The position numbers were made by a program, and so were the translations under genes. Shown piece by piece: positions 29,001 through 39,030 of a stretch of 64,000 bases of DNA (the first letter of the stretch is position 1; each line of letters begins with the position of its first letter). Source of the stretch: an uncultured Prevotella sp. (GTDB taxonomy: Bacteria > Bacteroidota > Bacteroidia > Bacteroidales > Bacteroidaceae). The stretch spans positions 253 to 64,252 of the forward strand of contig CAJONO010000070.1 of the NCBI GenBank assembly GCA_905235905.1, in the 5' to 3' direction. The notes beneath the pieces are model-generated. The model did not search any database, was not told the origin of the DNA, and worked only from the letters and a program-made list of their open reading frames with translations.

Positions 29001-29203
29001 CCGATAAAGGCACCCAGATAGTAGGTGCCATCGAGGCCTGTCCTTTCCGAAAGCACAGTTCCGTTGATATCCGTAAGAGCCACGTAAATTACATGCTCAT
29101 CAGGATACAGACTGGGGTCATACTGGAAATGAACACCATCGGCCCATGCTCCTGCCACCATGGCAATAAGCATTGTCACTGCAGTAATAAGTCTTTTTTT
29201 CAT
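26099..29203 (-). CDS. Secreted Ig-like repeat protein with a T9SS-type C-terminal tail; first gene of the operon
   Basis: Signal peptide; LGAFIGSECRG; WTSSNPAVV and VPENASNK Big_2-like motifs; GWQWISLY and KGWNWIG; YAFAGGECRG; tail YDLQGRRV...KGIYVQRGRKVVK. Confidence 0.85.
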   Translation of the reverse strand: MKKRLITAVTMLIAMVAGAWADGVHFQYDPSLYPDEHVIYVALTDINGTVLSERTGLDGTYYLGAFIGSECRGEAQVEFYNEWQENIGNLFQLRVRGDGKSDNGKSITFHVYQRKNSYVSLSEAEYWIPDSVASVQFSKEATDGTPSNPYKIMFIPATSVSLPPTITVHVGEQLNLYDQIQVVPENSLIPRPLDWGRYPEMYFAIADDILDANGVTTDGGNGITLTAGVGELALRANTTIIVDNPAVAFEWTDRRVTKDANDGSKGTVKVPVGDANTLLGILSPGGYTLTGKKADTEATTTYEWTSSNPAVVNADPTGGVMPMIEGTAVLTGTPQDGTTTTSPRLTVEVVQPIIDFTFGPEQFADTVVVFQVGDNVTERLKAMVNVVPENASNKEYTIKFTDEIFEEKDGIVYAKQANCDGTYPIYLDENAQYLTISANDQFGASKLVQVLVIPKQPTAIVAKQPTLSLVTPEAMPVDITAELYGNLKLTPDTMDISNFDVFMNVVRAEEPGEMYEEVIVMNGEDEKGRPTFLLVNSGKAIMDVNLLVMDNLNVERDNYEDRPIIRIDNTVLYTKFDVVITEGLSHFLVESIRTTAGETVELTLTPQPENVEYNANMISVTITPSVPLPQGWTFAEVKAKEGDATGLKWVVTTKSVGNGTVNVLYGKDNGSEPMGEGAINVDQQLQLNDGWQWISLYQGQVLGKDTLRMLFDNKLGEIRSDAAVLYNDAQFGYFGALTMLDTLKTYKLRMQGLEAATPFVVLEAADVSTYFLNNNNLAPTGGPVSALSIKTRKGWNWIGNPYQYYQKLSDIFGNTVFSENDEIRGKTAFAKYENGEWKGELKYLTPGEGYLINVANTRQIDFVPEFSLTQQTEVSAGARVQTDAPNPWTINHSRFIDNMSMIAHIGGMPDASRLTLYAFAGGECRGRGVSVGDRQFITIHGERGERFTFCVYDGLTHQFYDVDGSRAFVSGIGTCAAPVPLYVSGITSVEAIENKAAMSSEVYDLQGRRVASGNAANGKLRKGIYVQRGRKVVK

Positions 29204-29415
29204 AATTATTATAGTTTTAAGTTTTAATGAATCGTTCTGCCTTAACGTCCTTTATGCTTGCTTCGAAAAATTTTGGTAAATTTACAATAATTTTCAATCA
29301 AACAGTATAAGCGTACTAACCTTTTAACAAAAATTGCACAACAGACTTATCTAATCAACCCATTTTAACACACACCTATGAGGATGGGGATGCACAGAGA
29401 TAGTCATGAGGAAAC

Positions 29416-29852
29416 CGCATACTTATTCAAACCATTTTGCATGAGCATGCATCGAACTCTCGCGAGAATCGCTTTTTGTCAAGGAAAGTGCAGTCGGGGC
29501 CGAAATAAGCCGTTCTCAGCGATTTTCATAAACGTCTGTTTCACAGAGGTTTGTATTTTCAAGACATGACAATCGTGCTATGGTGGGGCATAATTTGTGC
29601 CGAATTCGAACATAATTTATGCTGAATCAGAAGACAATGTAGCATGAATTGCGCCAGAATCTATGCTCGATTGCTCGACAATTCAGCATGGATTGTCGCA
29701 ACGAGAGGCATTAACAATCGCAACAAGTGACGTTACCGCCACCGACGAGTGCCTTTCTTGCAGGAAAGGAGTGCCTTTCAGAGCTGCCACAACTCTATTT
29801 TGCAGATTTTCGTTTGTCAAAATTATTCATAAGAAAACTGCATAAACATACA
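29416..29852 (+). repeat. Dispersed modular element, extended copy E2
   Basis: Boxes at 29416-29429, 29438-29451 and 29839-29852; palindrome at 29529-29553; ten AATT-like motifs every 11 bp from 29592 to 29691. Confidence 0.75.
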
Positions 29853-29939
29853 GTTTCCGCTGCTCAACGTCACTTCTTCGGCCAACCACCAAATAAGAAA
29901 ATAAAGGGCGAAGCGCATGGGATTTTGATTATTTTTTTG

Positions 29940-29947
29940 TAATTTTG
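29940..29947 (+). promoter_or_regulatory. -7 promoter element (TAATTTTG) for surE-lpxB
   Basis: TAnnTTTG about 25 bp upstream of the ATG at 29973. Confidence 0.7.
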
Positions 29948-29972
29948 CACCAGAAACAACAGCAAGGCGAAT

Positions 29973-30815
29973 ATGACAGAACTGAACTACTCTATGGACA
30001 CGAAGAAAACAGAAAGGCCGCTGATACTAATATCTAACGACGACGGCTACCAGGCCAAAGGCATCAACCACTTAGTCGACATGCTCCGCGACATGGCCCA
30101 CATCATGGTGTGTGCGCCCGATGCCGCCCGTTCGGGCTTCTCCTGTGCCTTCTCGGCCACCACGCCGCTACGTCTCACGAAACGGCACGTAGAGGATGGC
30201 ATCGAGATATGGTCGAGCAACGGCACACCTACCGACTGCGTGAAACTGGCACTCTCCGAGTTACTCGGCGAGCACAAGCCCGATATGGTGGTGGGCGGCA
30301 TCAACCATGGCGACAACTCGTCGGTGAACACGCACTACAGCGGCACCATGGGCGTGGTGATGGAGGGCTGCATGAAGCACATACCGTCGGTGGCCTTCTC
30401 ACTGTGCGACCACGACGACGATGCCGACTTCGAGCCGCTGCGGCCCTACATCAGGAAGATAACGGAAAAGGTGCTGAAGGAAGGACTACCCTGCGGTGTC
30501 TGCTTGAACGTGAACTTCCCATTGACGGGAAAGGCCGAAGACGGCAGCAAGCAGCCAACCGCAACCCCCAAGCCCCAGGCCTTCAAAGGCATCAGGATGT
30601 GCCGCATGTGCCAAGGCTCCTGGATTCATGAGATAACCACCTGCCATCATCCTCGCGGCTACGACTACTACTGGATGGTGGGCAACTATCGCAATGACGA
30701 GCCCGAAGCCGACGACACCGACCGCTGGGCACTGGAACACGGCTACGTGGCCGTGACGCCGACACGCATCGACGTGACGGCCTACGACTGCCTTGGGTTG
30801 AGGTTTGAGAGTTGA
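29973..30815 (+). CDS. surE: 5'/3'-nucleotidase SurE
   Basis: LILISNDDGY, GTPTDCV, GGINHGDNS..NTHYSGTMG, LNVNFP. Confidence 0.97.
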   Translation: MTELNYSMDTKKTERPLILISNDDGYQAKGINHLVDMLRDMAHIMVCAPDAARSGFSCAFSATTPLRLTKRHVEDGIEIWSSNGTPTDCVKLALSELLGEHKPDMVVGGINHGDNSSVNTHYSGTMGVVMEGCMKHIPSVAFSLCDHDDDADFEPLRPYIRKITEKVLKEGLPCGVCLNVNFPLTGKAEDGSKQPTATPKPQAFKGIRMCRMCQGSWIHEITTCHHPRGYDYYWMVGNYRNDEPEADDTDRWALEHGYVAVTPTRIDVTAYDCLGLRFES

Positions 30816-30880
30816 GGGTTGAGAGATGAGAGTTGAGGGTTGAGAGTTGAGGGTTGAGAGTTGAGGGTTGAGAGTTGAGA
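30797..30880. repeat. Heptamer tandem repeat (GTTGAG[G/A]) x12
   Basis: Read directly; overlaps and supplies the surE stop codon. Confidence 0.95.
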
Positions 30881-30898
30881 GTATATAATTGACAAAGC

Positions 30899-32062
30899 AT
30901 GAAGTACTATTTGATAGCAGGCGAGGCGTCGGGCGACCTGCATGCCTCGCACCTGATGAAAAGGCTACAGGCGGAGGATGCCAAAGCCGAGTTCCGGTTC
31001 TTCGGCGGCGACCTGATGGCAGCCGTGGGCGGCAAACTGGTGAAACACTATCGCGAAATGGCCTACATGGGCATCGTGCCGGTGCTCATGCATCTGCCTA
31101 CTATCCTGAGAAACATGAAGCTCTGCAAGCACGACATTGTGGAGTGGCAGCCAGACGTGGTGATTCTGGTTGACTATCCCGGCTTCAACCTCGACATTGC
31201 CAAGTTCCTGAAAGCAGAGACACAGATTCCCGCCTACTACTACATTTCGCCAAAGATATGGGCATGGAAGGAGTATCGCATCAAGAACATCAAGCGCGAC
31301 GTGAGCCAGCTGTTCTCCATTCTTCCCTTCGAGGTAGAGTTCTTTGAGCAGAAGCACCACTACCCTATTCACTACGTAGGCAACCCCACTGCCGACGAGG
31401 TGAGGCAGTTTAAGGCCGTCTATGCGGAAAGCCGCGAGGAGTTCTGCCAACGAAACGGCCTCGACGCCGGCAAGCCCATCATTGCCTTGCTGGCCGGCTC
31501 GCGCCAACAGGAGATAAAGAACAACCTGCCCATGATGATCGATGCCTGCAGGGATTTTGCCGACTACCAACCCGTGGTGGCCGCCGCACCCGGCATCGAC
31601 CTCGATTACTACTCACAGTTCTTCGGTCAAGCCCCACTGACAACCACCCGTCTCGTGGAAAACCAAACCTACGCCCTGCTCACCCATGCCCATGCCGCAT
31701 TGGTAACAAGCGGTACGGCAACCCTCGAAACGGCACTCTTCCGTGTGCCACAGGTAGTGTGCTACCGAATGATGCTGCCGTGGCTGGTGGGACGCATGCG
31801 GGGCGTAGTACTCCACGTGAAATACGTGTCGCTGGTAAACCTGATTGCCAACCGCGAAGTGGTGCCCGAACTCATCGCCGACAGCTTTACACGCAGCAAT
31901 ATCTGCCATTCACTCTCAGCCATACTCGACGGCCCCTCGCGCCAGCAAATGCTTCACGGCTATGACGAAGTGGCTCGGAATCTGGGCGAGCAGACAGCCC
32001 CCGCAGAGGCAGCACGAATCATCTATCGCCTTCTGACCCACCAAGAGGGTGTGCCTGCGTGA
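30899..32062 (+). CDS. lpxB: Lipid-A-disaccharide synthase
   Basis: IAGEASGDLH, VDYPGFN, YYISPKIWAW, ILPFE, GSRQQE, SGTATLE; the surE-lpxB order is typical of Bacteroidetes. Confidence 0.97.
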   Translation: MKYYLIAGEASGDLHASHLMKRLQAEDAKAEFRFFGGDLMAAVGGKLVKHYREMAYMGIVPVLMHLPTILRNMKLCKHDIVEWQPDVVILVDYPGFNLDIAKFLKAETQIPAYYYISPKIWAWKEYRIKNIKRDVSQLFSILPFEVEFFEQKHHYPIHYVGNPTADEVRQFKAVYAESREEFCQRNGLDAGKPIIALLAGSRQQEIKNNLPMMIDACRDFADYQPVVAAAPGIDLDYYSQFFGQAPLTTTRLVENQTYALLTHAHAALVTSGTATLETALFRVPQVVCYRMMLPWLVGRMRGVVLHVKYVSLVNLIANREVVPELIADSFTRSNICHSLSAILDGPSRQQMLHGYDEVARNLGEQTAPAEAARIIYRLLTHQEGVPA

Positions 32063-32090
32063 CCGTCCCCCAAAAGCAGGACAGCTACCA

Positions 32091-34625
32091 TTACTTGTTG
32101 ATGTATTTTCGTCCGCCGCGCACAATAAGCCCACGATGCGAGGCATCGACCTTCTGTCCCATCAAGTTATAGGCAGGAGCGGCTGTTGTGGATAGGCTTG
32201 CGGCAGGGGGAGTGATGCCGGCAGCCGAAAGGTCGAGCGGTACGAAATCGGCCGCAGAAGAAAGCTGGGCATAGGCACCAAAGGGGGCAAGCGCCGAAGT
32301 TTCCGAAAGGCGCTGCAAGCCCCACTGCCCGTCATGCTGGGCCAGCACATAGTCGCCCGCATAAAGCGGCAGTCCGACGTATGTGCCACGCAACATGGCA
32401 TCAAGAGGACTCACGGCATAGCTCACTTCGCCAGCACCGGCAAAGGTGACATCGCCCCACGCCTCGACCACCACGGGCTGATGGGCAGGAATCGTGGCGA
32501 CGGGCTGCAACGTCATCGCGTCGTCAATCAGATAAGCATGAGCACCGTCGGGCACGGCAGCAGCAAAAGGCAGCACGACCAGCCGCAGCCCCTCGACAGG
32601 CACGACAAGCGTCGCGGTTTCGGCCGTAAAGGTACGGGCAGGACGGAAATGGCCGCCAGAAGCCGTCAGCAAGAGCTCATGGCAAGTGGTTCCCTTCACT
32701 ACATTGGCAGCCGTCAGCGGACTGTCCTCGGCCAGATAGACCACGCGGTTACTGCCCTGCAGCCAAGGCAAGGCTGGCAACTCGGTTACTGCCGTCAGGT
32801 CGATACTGGTGCAACTGGGATCAGTGGTAAAGTCGAGCACGTTACTGTCATCGGCCACATAGCTGCCACTCAACGTGCCTGCATACTGGCCATAGTTGCG
32901 CAGGAAGACGGTACCGAAGTTGAGTGTGAGCTTCGAAGTGTAGTTGTTGTTGGTCATCGATATAATGCCTCGACAACCATCAGGGAGCGTGGCAGGAGAG
33001 AGGTCGAACACCAACTCGAAGTTTGTGCCGCGGTTCAAGTCTATGTCGCCATAGTCATGGGTAGCCACCTCGCCCTTGCTGTTGACATAGACGAGCGTGG
33101 TCTTGGCAGAAGAGAGGTTCATGGTCGAGCTGACCGACTTCACCTGCATAACCAGCTGGGCGTAACGGTCGGCAAACTGCACGTAGCCATAGTTGGCGTT
33201 CGTGCGCGAGGAGAAGAGCGGTGTGGAGTGGTCGAAGGTCTTGCTCTTGTTCGACAGTTTGTAAGTCGTGCCGAAAGAGGTCTTCGTGGCCACCTGATCT
33301 TCAATGCGGTCGAAACGTGCCATAACACCCTTCATAGACGAAGGCACACGGTCGCGGGAACGAACAAAGAGCACGGTGCAGACGCTCTTGGCGGCAAAAG
33401 TTGCCACAGGGCGGCACGTCTCTTCTTCGAGTGTCAGGTTCTTCACATTGAAGTTTTTCGTCTTCGTGGTGGTATAGAGCTTTCCCTCCTGTGTATAGAA
33501 CGGCAAGTCGACAACGAGGTCGATGTCGGCATCGCCCTCGTTGGCCACGACGGCCACAACGCTGTCGCCCGTCTGCGAGAGATAGGCCGAGCCCCCCAGC
33601 GCAGCGCCGGAGAAAGTGGCATCGACGCGGGTCATGCCGGTTACGAAGCGGGCAAAGTGGGCCATGACATAGCCACGCTTGGTAATGTTGCCAGCGCTGC
33701 CAGCCCCCCGTTGTCCGTCACCCATCATGCCGTAGTAGCGCTTGGCAGAATAATGAATCCAGGCATTGAAGTCGCCCAGCATGCAGGTGTTGATGGCATG
33801 AAAGAAATTGAAGAAGTCTTTCGTAAAGTCGAAGTTGCGGGTGTTGTTCTCTGCCTCATTCCAGTTTATCAGGTACTCGGTCATCCAAATCTGCTTACCT
33901 TTCTTGGCCAGGTTCTTATAGGCCGACTGTATGCCGCCATACTGATGGCCCCCATAGATGTCGAAACAGTCTATGACACCCGTCGCATTGAGGGCATTGG
34001 CATAAGAGTCGCTGACGGCCAAGGTCTCAGGAGCCATGATTTTGCAGCTGATGGTTCGGCCATAGGTCTTCACGAACTCGGCTATTTCGCTGGCCGACCA
34101 TAGGCATCCGGCATATTGTGCGGGCCAGTCTGGCTCGTTCTGAATAGAGATGGCGTCAAGCTCCACACCATTGGTGCGCAGATACTGCACGTAGTCTTCA
34201 AGATACTGGGCATAGTCGGCCCAGTTCTCACGTTTCAGCTTGCCTGTAGTACCGTCTTCGTTCTTGGCATTGATGGTGCCGTTGGTCTTCCACTCGGCGG
34301 GCTGTCCCCACGGCGATGCAAAGACAATGAGGCCCAACTGCTTGGCCTGCTTGGCAGTGGCCAGTGACTGGCCCCAGGCATTCTTACCAACGGGTATGTA
34401 GAGGCGCATGATGTTACACCCCACGGTGCTCGACTTACCCCACACTTTCTTAATCTCAGCCGTAGTCATGTGATTATAAGTGAACTGCGGGCTGCACACG
34501 AAGCCTCCAAAACCCGTTATTTGCTGGTGCGTCTTCTGGGCATCAATCCTCACGGTTGGGCGCTGTGCTTGCGCCGTTAGGCAGCAAGCCAGTGCCAACA
34601 ATAAAACAGACAAGTTCTTTTCCAT
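32091..34625 (-). CDS. Secreted GH30 glycoside hydrolase (probable glucuronoxylanase) with a T9SS-type tail
   Basis: QQITGFGG, FASPW, acid/base ISIQNEPD, nucleophile IWMTEY, KRGYVMAHFARFV; tail YNLMGQKV...GRKYINK. Confidence 0.88.
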   Translation of the reverse strand: MEKNLSVLLLALACCLTAQAQRPTVRIDAQKTHQQITGFGGFVCSPQFTYNHMTTAEIKKVWGKSSTVGCNIMRLYIPVGKNAWGQSLATAKQAKQLGLIVFASPWGQPAEWKTNGTINAKNEDGTTGKLKRENWADYAQYLEDYVQYLRTNGVELDAISIQNEPDWPAQYAGCLWSASEIAEFVKTYGRTISCKIMAPETLAVSDSYANALNATGVIDCFDIYGGHQYGGIQSAYKNLAKKGKQIWMTEYLINWNEAENNTRNFDFTKDFFNFFHAINTCMLGDFNAWIHYSAKRYYGMMGDGQRGAGSAGNITKRGYVMAHFARFVTGMTRVDATFSGAALGGSAYLSQTGDSVVAVVANEGDADIDLVVDLPFYTQEGKLYTTTKTKNFNVKNLTLEEETCRPVATFAAKSVCTVLFVRSRDRVPSSMKGVMARFDRIEDQVATKTSFGTTYKLSNKSKTFDHSTPLFSSRTNANYGYVQFADRYAQLVMQVKSVSSTMNLSSAKTTLVYVNSKGEVATHDYGDIDLNRGTNFELVFDLSPATLPDGCRGIISMTNNNYTSKLTLNFGTVFLRNYGQYAGTLSGSYVADDSNVLDFTTDPSCTSIDLTAVTELPALPWLQGSNRVVYLAEDSPLTAANVVKGTTCHELLLTASGGHFRPARTFTAETATLVVPVEGLRLVVLPFAAAVPDGAHAYLIDDAMTLQPVATIPAHQPVVVEAWGDVTFAGAGEVSYAVSPLDAMLRGTYVGLPLYAGDYVLAQHDGQWGLQRLSETSALAPFGAYAQLSSAADFVPLDLSAAGITPPAASLSTTAAPAYNLMGQKVDASHRGLIVRGGRKYINK

Positions 34626-34631
34626 ACTGTG

Positions 34632-36833
<2,202 letters not shown>

Positions 36834-36857
36834 TTATAAATTGGTTTTGACTGTGTG

Positions 36858-36982
36858 CAAAGTTACGACAAAAAGCCGACACGCATGCTATTGAAACGTG
36901 TCTCATTCTTTTGTATATGTTTCATTTTCATTAAAAAGCGAAAGGCCAGAGTGCGCTTTTCCAGATTTTTGTCGTATCTTTG
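36858..36982. promoter_or_regulatory. Divergent -7 promoter elements (minus 36858-36865 TAACTTTG; plus 36975-36982 TATCTTTG)
   Basis: TAnnTTTG matches upstream of the xylanase and CotH genes. Confidence 0.7.
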
Positions 36983-37011
36983 CAGCTACTAAAAACACGA
37001 GAAAGACTTAT

Positions 37012-39018
37012 ATGAGACGAACAGCAACCGTAACGACGGGGCTACTTGCTGCCATGATGCTCTTTGCACAGCCTCGCTTCGACAAGCCCCACGGCCTCTA
37101 CAACAGCCGTTCTATCGTCGTCGGCATCAGTGCTGACGACAATCAGGAGATTCGCTACACCCTCGACGGCAGTGAGCCTACCGCCAATAGCACCCTCTAC
37201 ACCAAGCCGCTGCAATTGCAGGAAACCACTATTATCAGAGCCGTTACGGCAAAAGGCGACTCGCTCTCGCCCATTGCCACGGCATCGTACATCTTCGTCT
37301 CGTCAGTGCTCACACAGCCCAACAATCCAGAAGGCTATCCTTCGGAGTGGGGTGCCTATACCAACATCTGGGGTACGGCCCAGGCCGACTACGAGATGGA
37401 CACCGAGATGACGGGCAATGCCCAACTGGCCACCAAGATTGCCAATGGACTTAGCGACCTGCCCATTCTCTCCATCGTCACCGACAAGGACAACCTTTTC
37501 AGTCATGAGAATGACTCTGTCAAGGGCGGCATCTACATCTTCACCGGCCCTCCAGTGGGCGACGGCACAGGCCACGGGTGGACCCGTCCCGCCAGTATCG
37601 AGCTGATGGGCGGCCCGCAGCAGCACGACCTCTCGACCACCTGCGGCCTGCGCCTACACGGCGGTCACGGCCGACTGGCCGAGAAGAATCCCAAGCACTC
37701 GTTCCGCTTGGTTTTCAAGGAAAAATACGGACTGAAGACGCTGCAATATCCTGTCTTCGGCCATGACGAGCCGTCGAAGTTCGACCAGTTAGTGCTGCGC
37801 TGCCATTTCGGAAACTCCTGGCAGCACTGGGACGAGGGCAACCGGAAGAAGGCACAGTACACCCGCGACGTGTGGGTCCGCCGCATGCAGCGGAAGATGG
37901 GGCACACCAGCGTCAACGCCCTCTACGTACACCTCTTCCTGAATGGCATGTACTGGGGGCTCTACAACATCGCCGAGCGTGTCGATGACCAGTTCGGAAA
38001 GAACCATTTAGGCGGAAAGAAGAGCGACATCGACGTCATCAAGATTGAAGAGGATGGCGGCAACCACACCGAAGCCGCCGAGGGCGACCTCAACGCCTGG
38101 AACGAAATGCTCGAAGCCGTCGACGAAATCGCCGCTGCCTCCATAGCCGCCCGTCCTTCCGCAGCCGCCGCATCCGCAGGAAGTTCCGTGAATAGCTCCG
38201 TGAGTAGCTCCATGAATAGTTCCGTGAATAGCTCCGTGAATAGTTCCGTGAATAGCTCCGTGAGTAGTTCCGTGGTCGCCGGTTTTCCCGGCGACATAAG
38301 CCTCAGCGAGCACTTAGACACTCTTCTCGACATCGACAACTTCATCGACTACATGCTCATCAACCAGTATGCCGGCAACACCGACTGGGACCACCACAAC
38401 TGGTATGCCATACGCCGGCGTGGCGCTGACAGCAAAGGTTTTCGCTTCATCTGCTGGGACTCGGAGATTATCCTTGAAAACCCTACAGAGAACGTGTTCC
38501 ATAAGAACAACGGAAGCCGACGCCCCACCGGCATCTTCCACAACCTGATGAAGGACGAGCGCTTTGCCCTGCGCTATCTGCACCGTGCCAAGGAGCTGCT
38601 GGCCGACGACGGGCTGCTCGGCCCGGCATCGGTTGTCGAGGTGTGGGACAGCCTCTATCACACCATTGCCGGGGCTCTCTACGACGAGGCAGCCCGCTGG
38701 GGCGACTATCGGCGCGACGTCCACCGCTGGCAGTCGAAAGGCAAGCTCTACACCGTCGACGACACCTACCAAACCGAGCGCAAACGCCTGCTCACACAGT
38801 ATTTCCCCGTGCGCAGCGACAATGTGCTGTCCTACATCCTGGATGCCGTCGACATCACAGACCACATCAACACTGCCACAAACACAACGCCCAGCCTTCC
38901 GCACACCGTCTTCGACCTGCAGGGACGCCTCATTCAACGCTCAACATTCAACGTTCAACATTCAACGTTAAGGAGGGGCCTCTACATTGTAGACGGCAAG
39001 AAGCTGCTTGTGAAGTGA
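37012..39018 (+). CDS. CotH-family kinase with an Fn3-like (chitobiase C-terminal) domain and a T9SS-type tail
   Basis: Start moved to ATG 37012, after the promoter and giving a signal peptide. Motifs IRYTLDGSEPT, PKHSFRL, FLNGMYWGLYNIAER, GNTDWDHHNW, WDSE; tail FDLQGR...GLYIVDGKK. Confidence 0.9.
   Translation: MRRTATVTTGLLAAMMLFAQPRFDKPHGLYNSRSIVVGISADDNQEIRYTLDGSEPTANSTLYTKPLQLQETTIIRAVTAKGDSLSPIATASYIFVSSVLTQPNNPEGYPSEWGAYTNIWGTAQADYEMDTEMTGNAQLATKIANGLSDLPILSIVTDKDNLFSHENDSVKGGIYIFTGPPVGDGTGHGWTRPASIELMGGPQQHDLSTTCGLRLHGGHGRLAEKNPKHSFRLVFKEKYGLKTLQYPVFGHDEPSKFDQLVLRCHFGNSWQHWDEGNRKKAQYTRDVWVRRMQRKMGHTSVNALYVHLFLNGMYWGLYNIAERVDDQFGKNHLGGKKSDIDVIKIEEDGGNHTEAAEGDLNAWNEMLEAVDEIAAASIAARPSAAAASAGSSVNSSVSSSMNSSVNSSVNSSVNSSVSSSVVAGFPGDISLSEHLDTLLDIDNFIDYMLINQYAGNTDWDHHNWYAIRRRGADSKGFRFICWDSEIILENPTENVFHKNNGSRRPTGIFHNLMKDERFALRYLHRAKELLADDGLLGPASVVEVWDSLYHTIAGALYDEAARWGDYRRDVHRWQSKGKLYTVDDTYQTERKRLLTQYFPVRSDNVLSYILDAVDITDHINTATNTTPSLPHTVFDLQGRLIQRSTFNVQHSTLRRGLYIVDGKKLLVK
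38182..38274 (+). repeat. 12-bp in-frame tandem repeat (AG[T/C]TCCGTGA[A/G]T) x7.75, encoding SSVN
   Basis: Read directly inside the CotH kinase domain. Confidence 0.95.
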
Positions 39019-39030
39019 CAAGCCGTAGGG

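Noticed and set aside
23431-29203. Diversity-generating retroelement acting on the paralogous genes
   Set aside because: No reverse transcriptase, and no near-identical TR/VR pair differing at adenines was seen.
30790-30815. surE as a pseudogene because its end lies in a repeat
   Set aside because: All catalytic motifs are intact and only the last few residues come from the repeat.
32334-34103. 589-aa plus-strand ORF
   Set aside because: Antisense shadow of the GH30 gene caused by codon bias; no motifs. The same applies to 34689-35801, 44561-45514, 10492-11412 and 7066-7986.
36898-37011. Upstream extensions of ORFs (also 45647, 51380, 55537, 60251, 61170, 61277, 62199)
   Set aside because: They mostly overlap promoter motifs or neighbouring genes; downstream ATGs give proper signal peptides or family N-termini.
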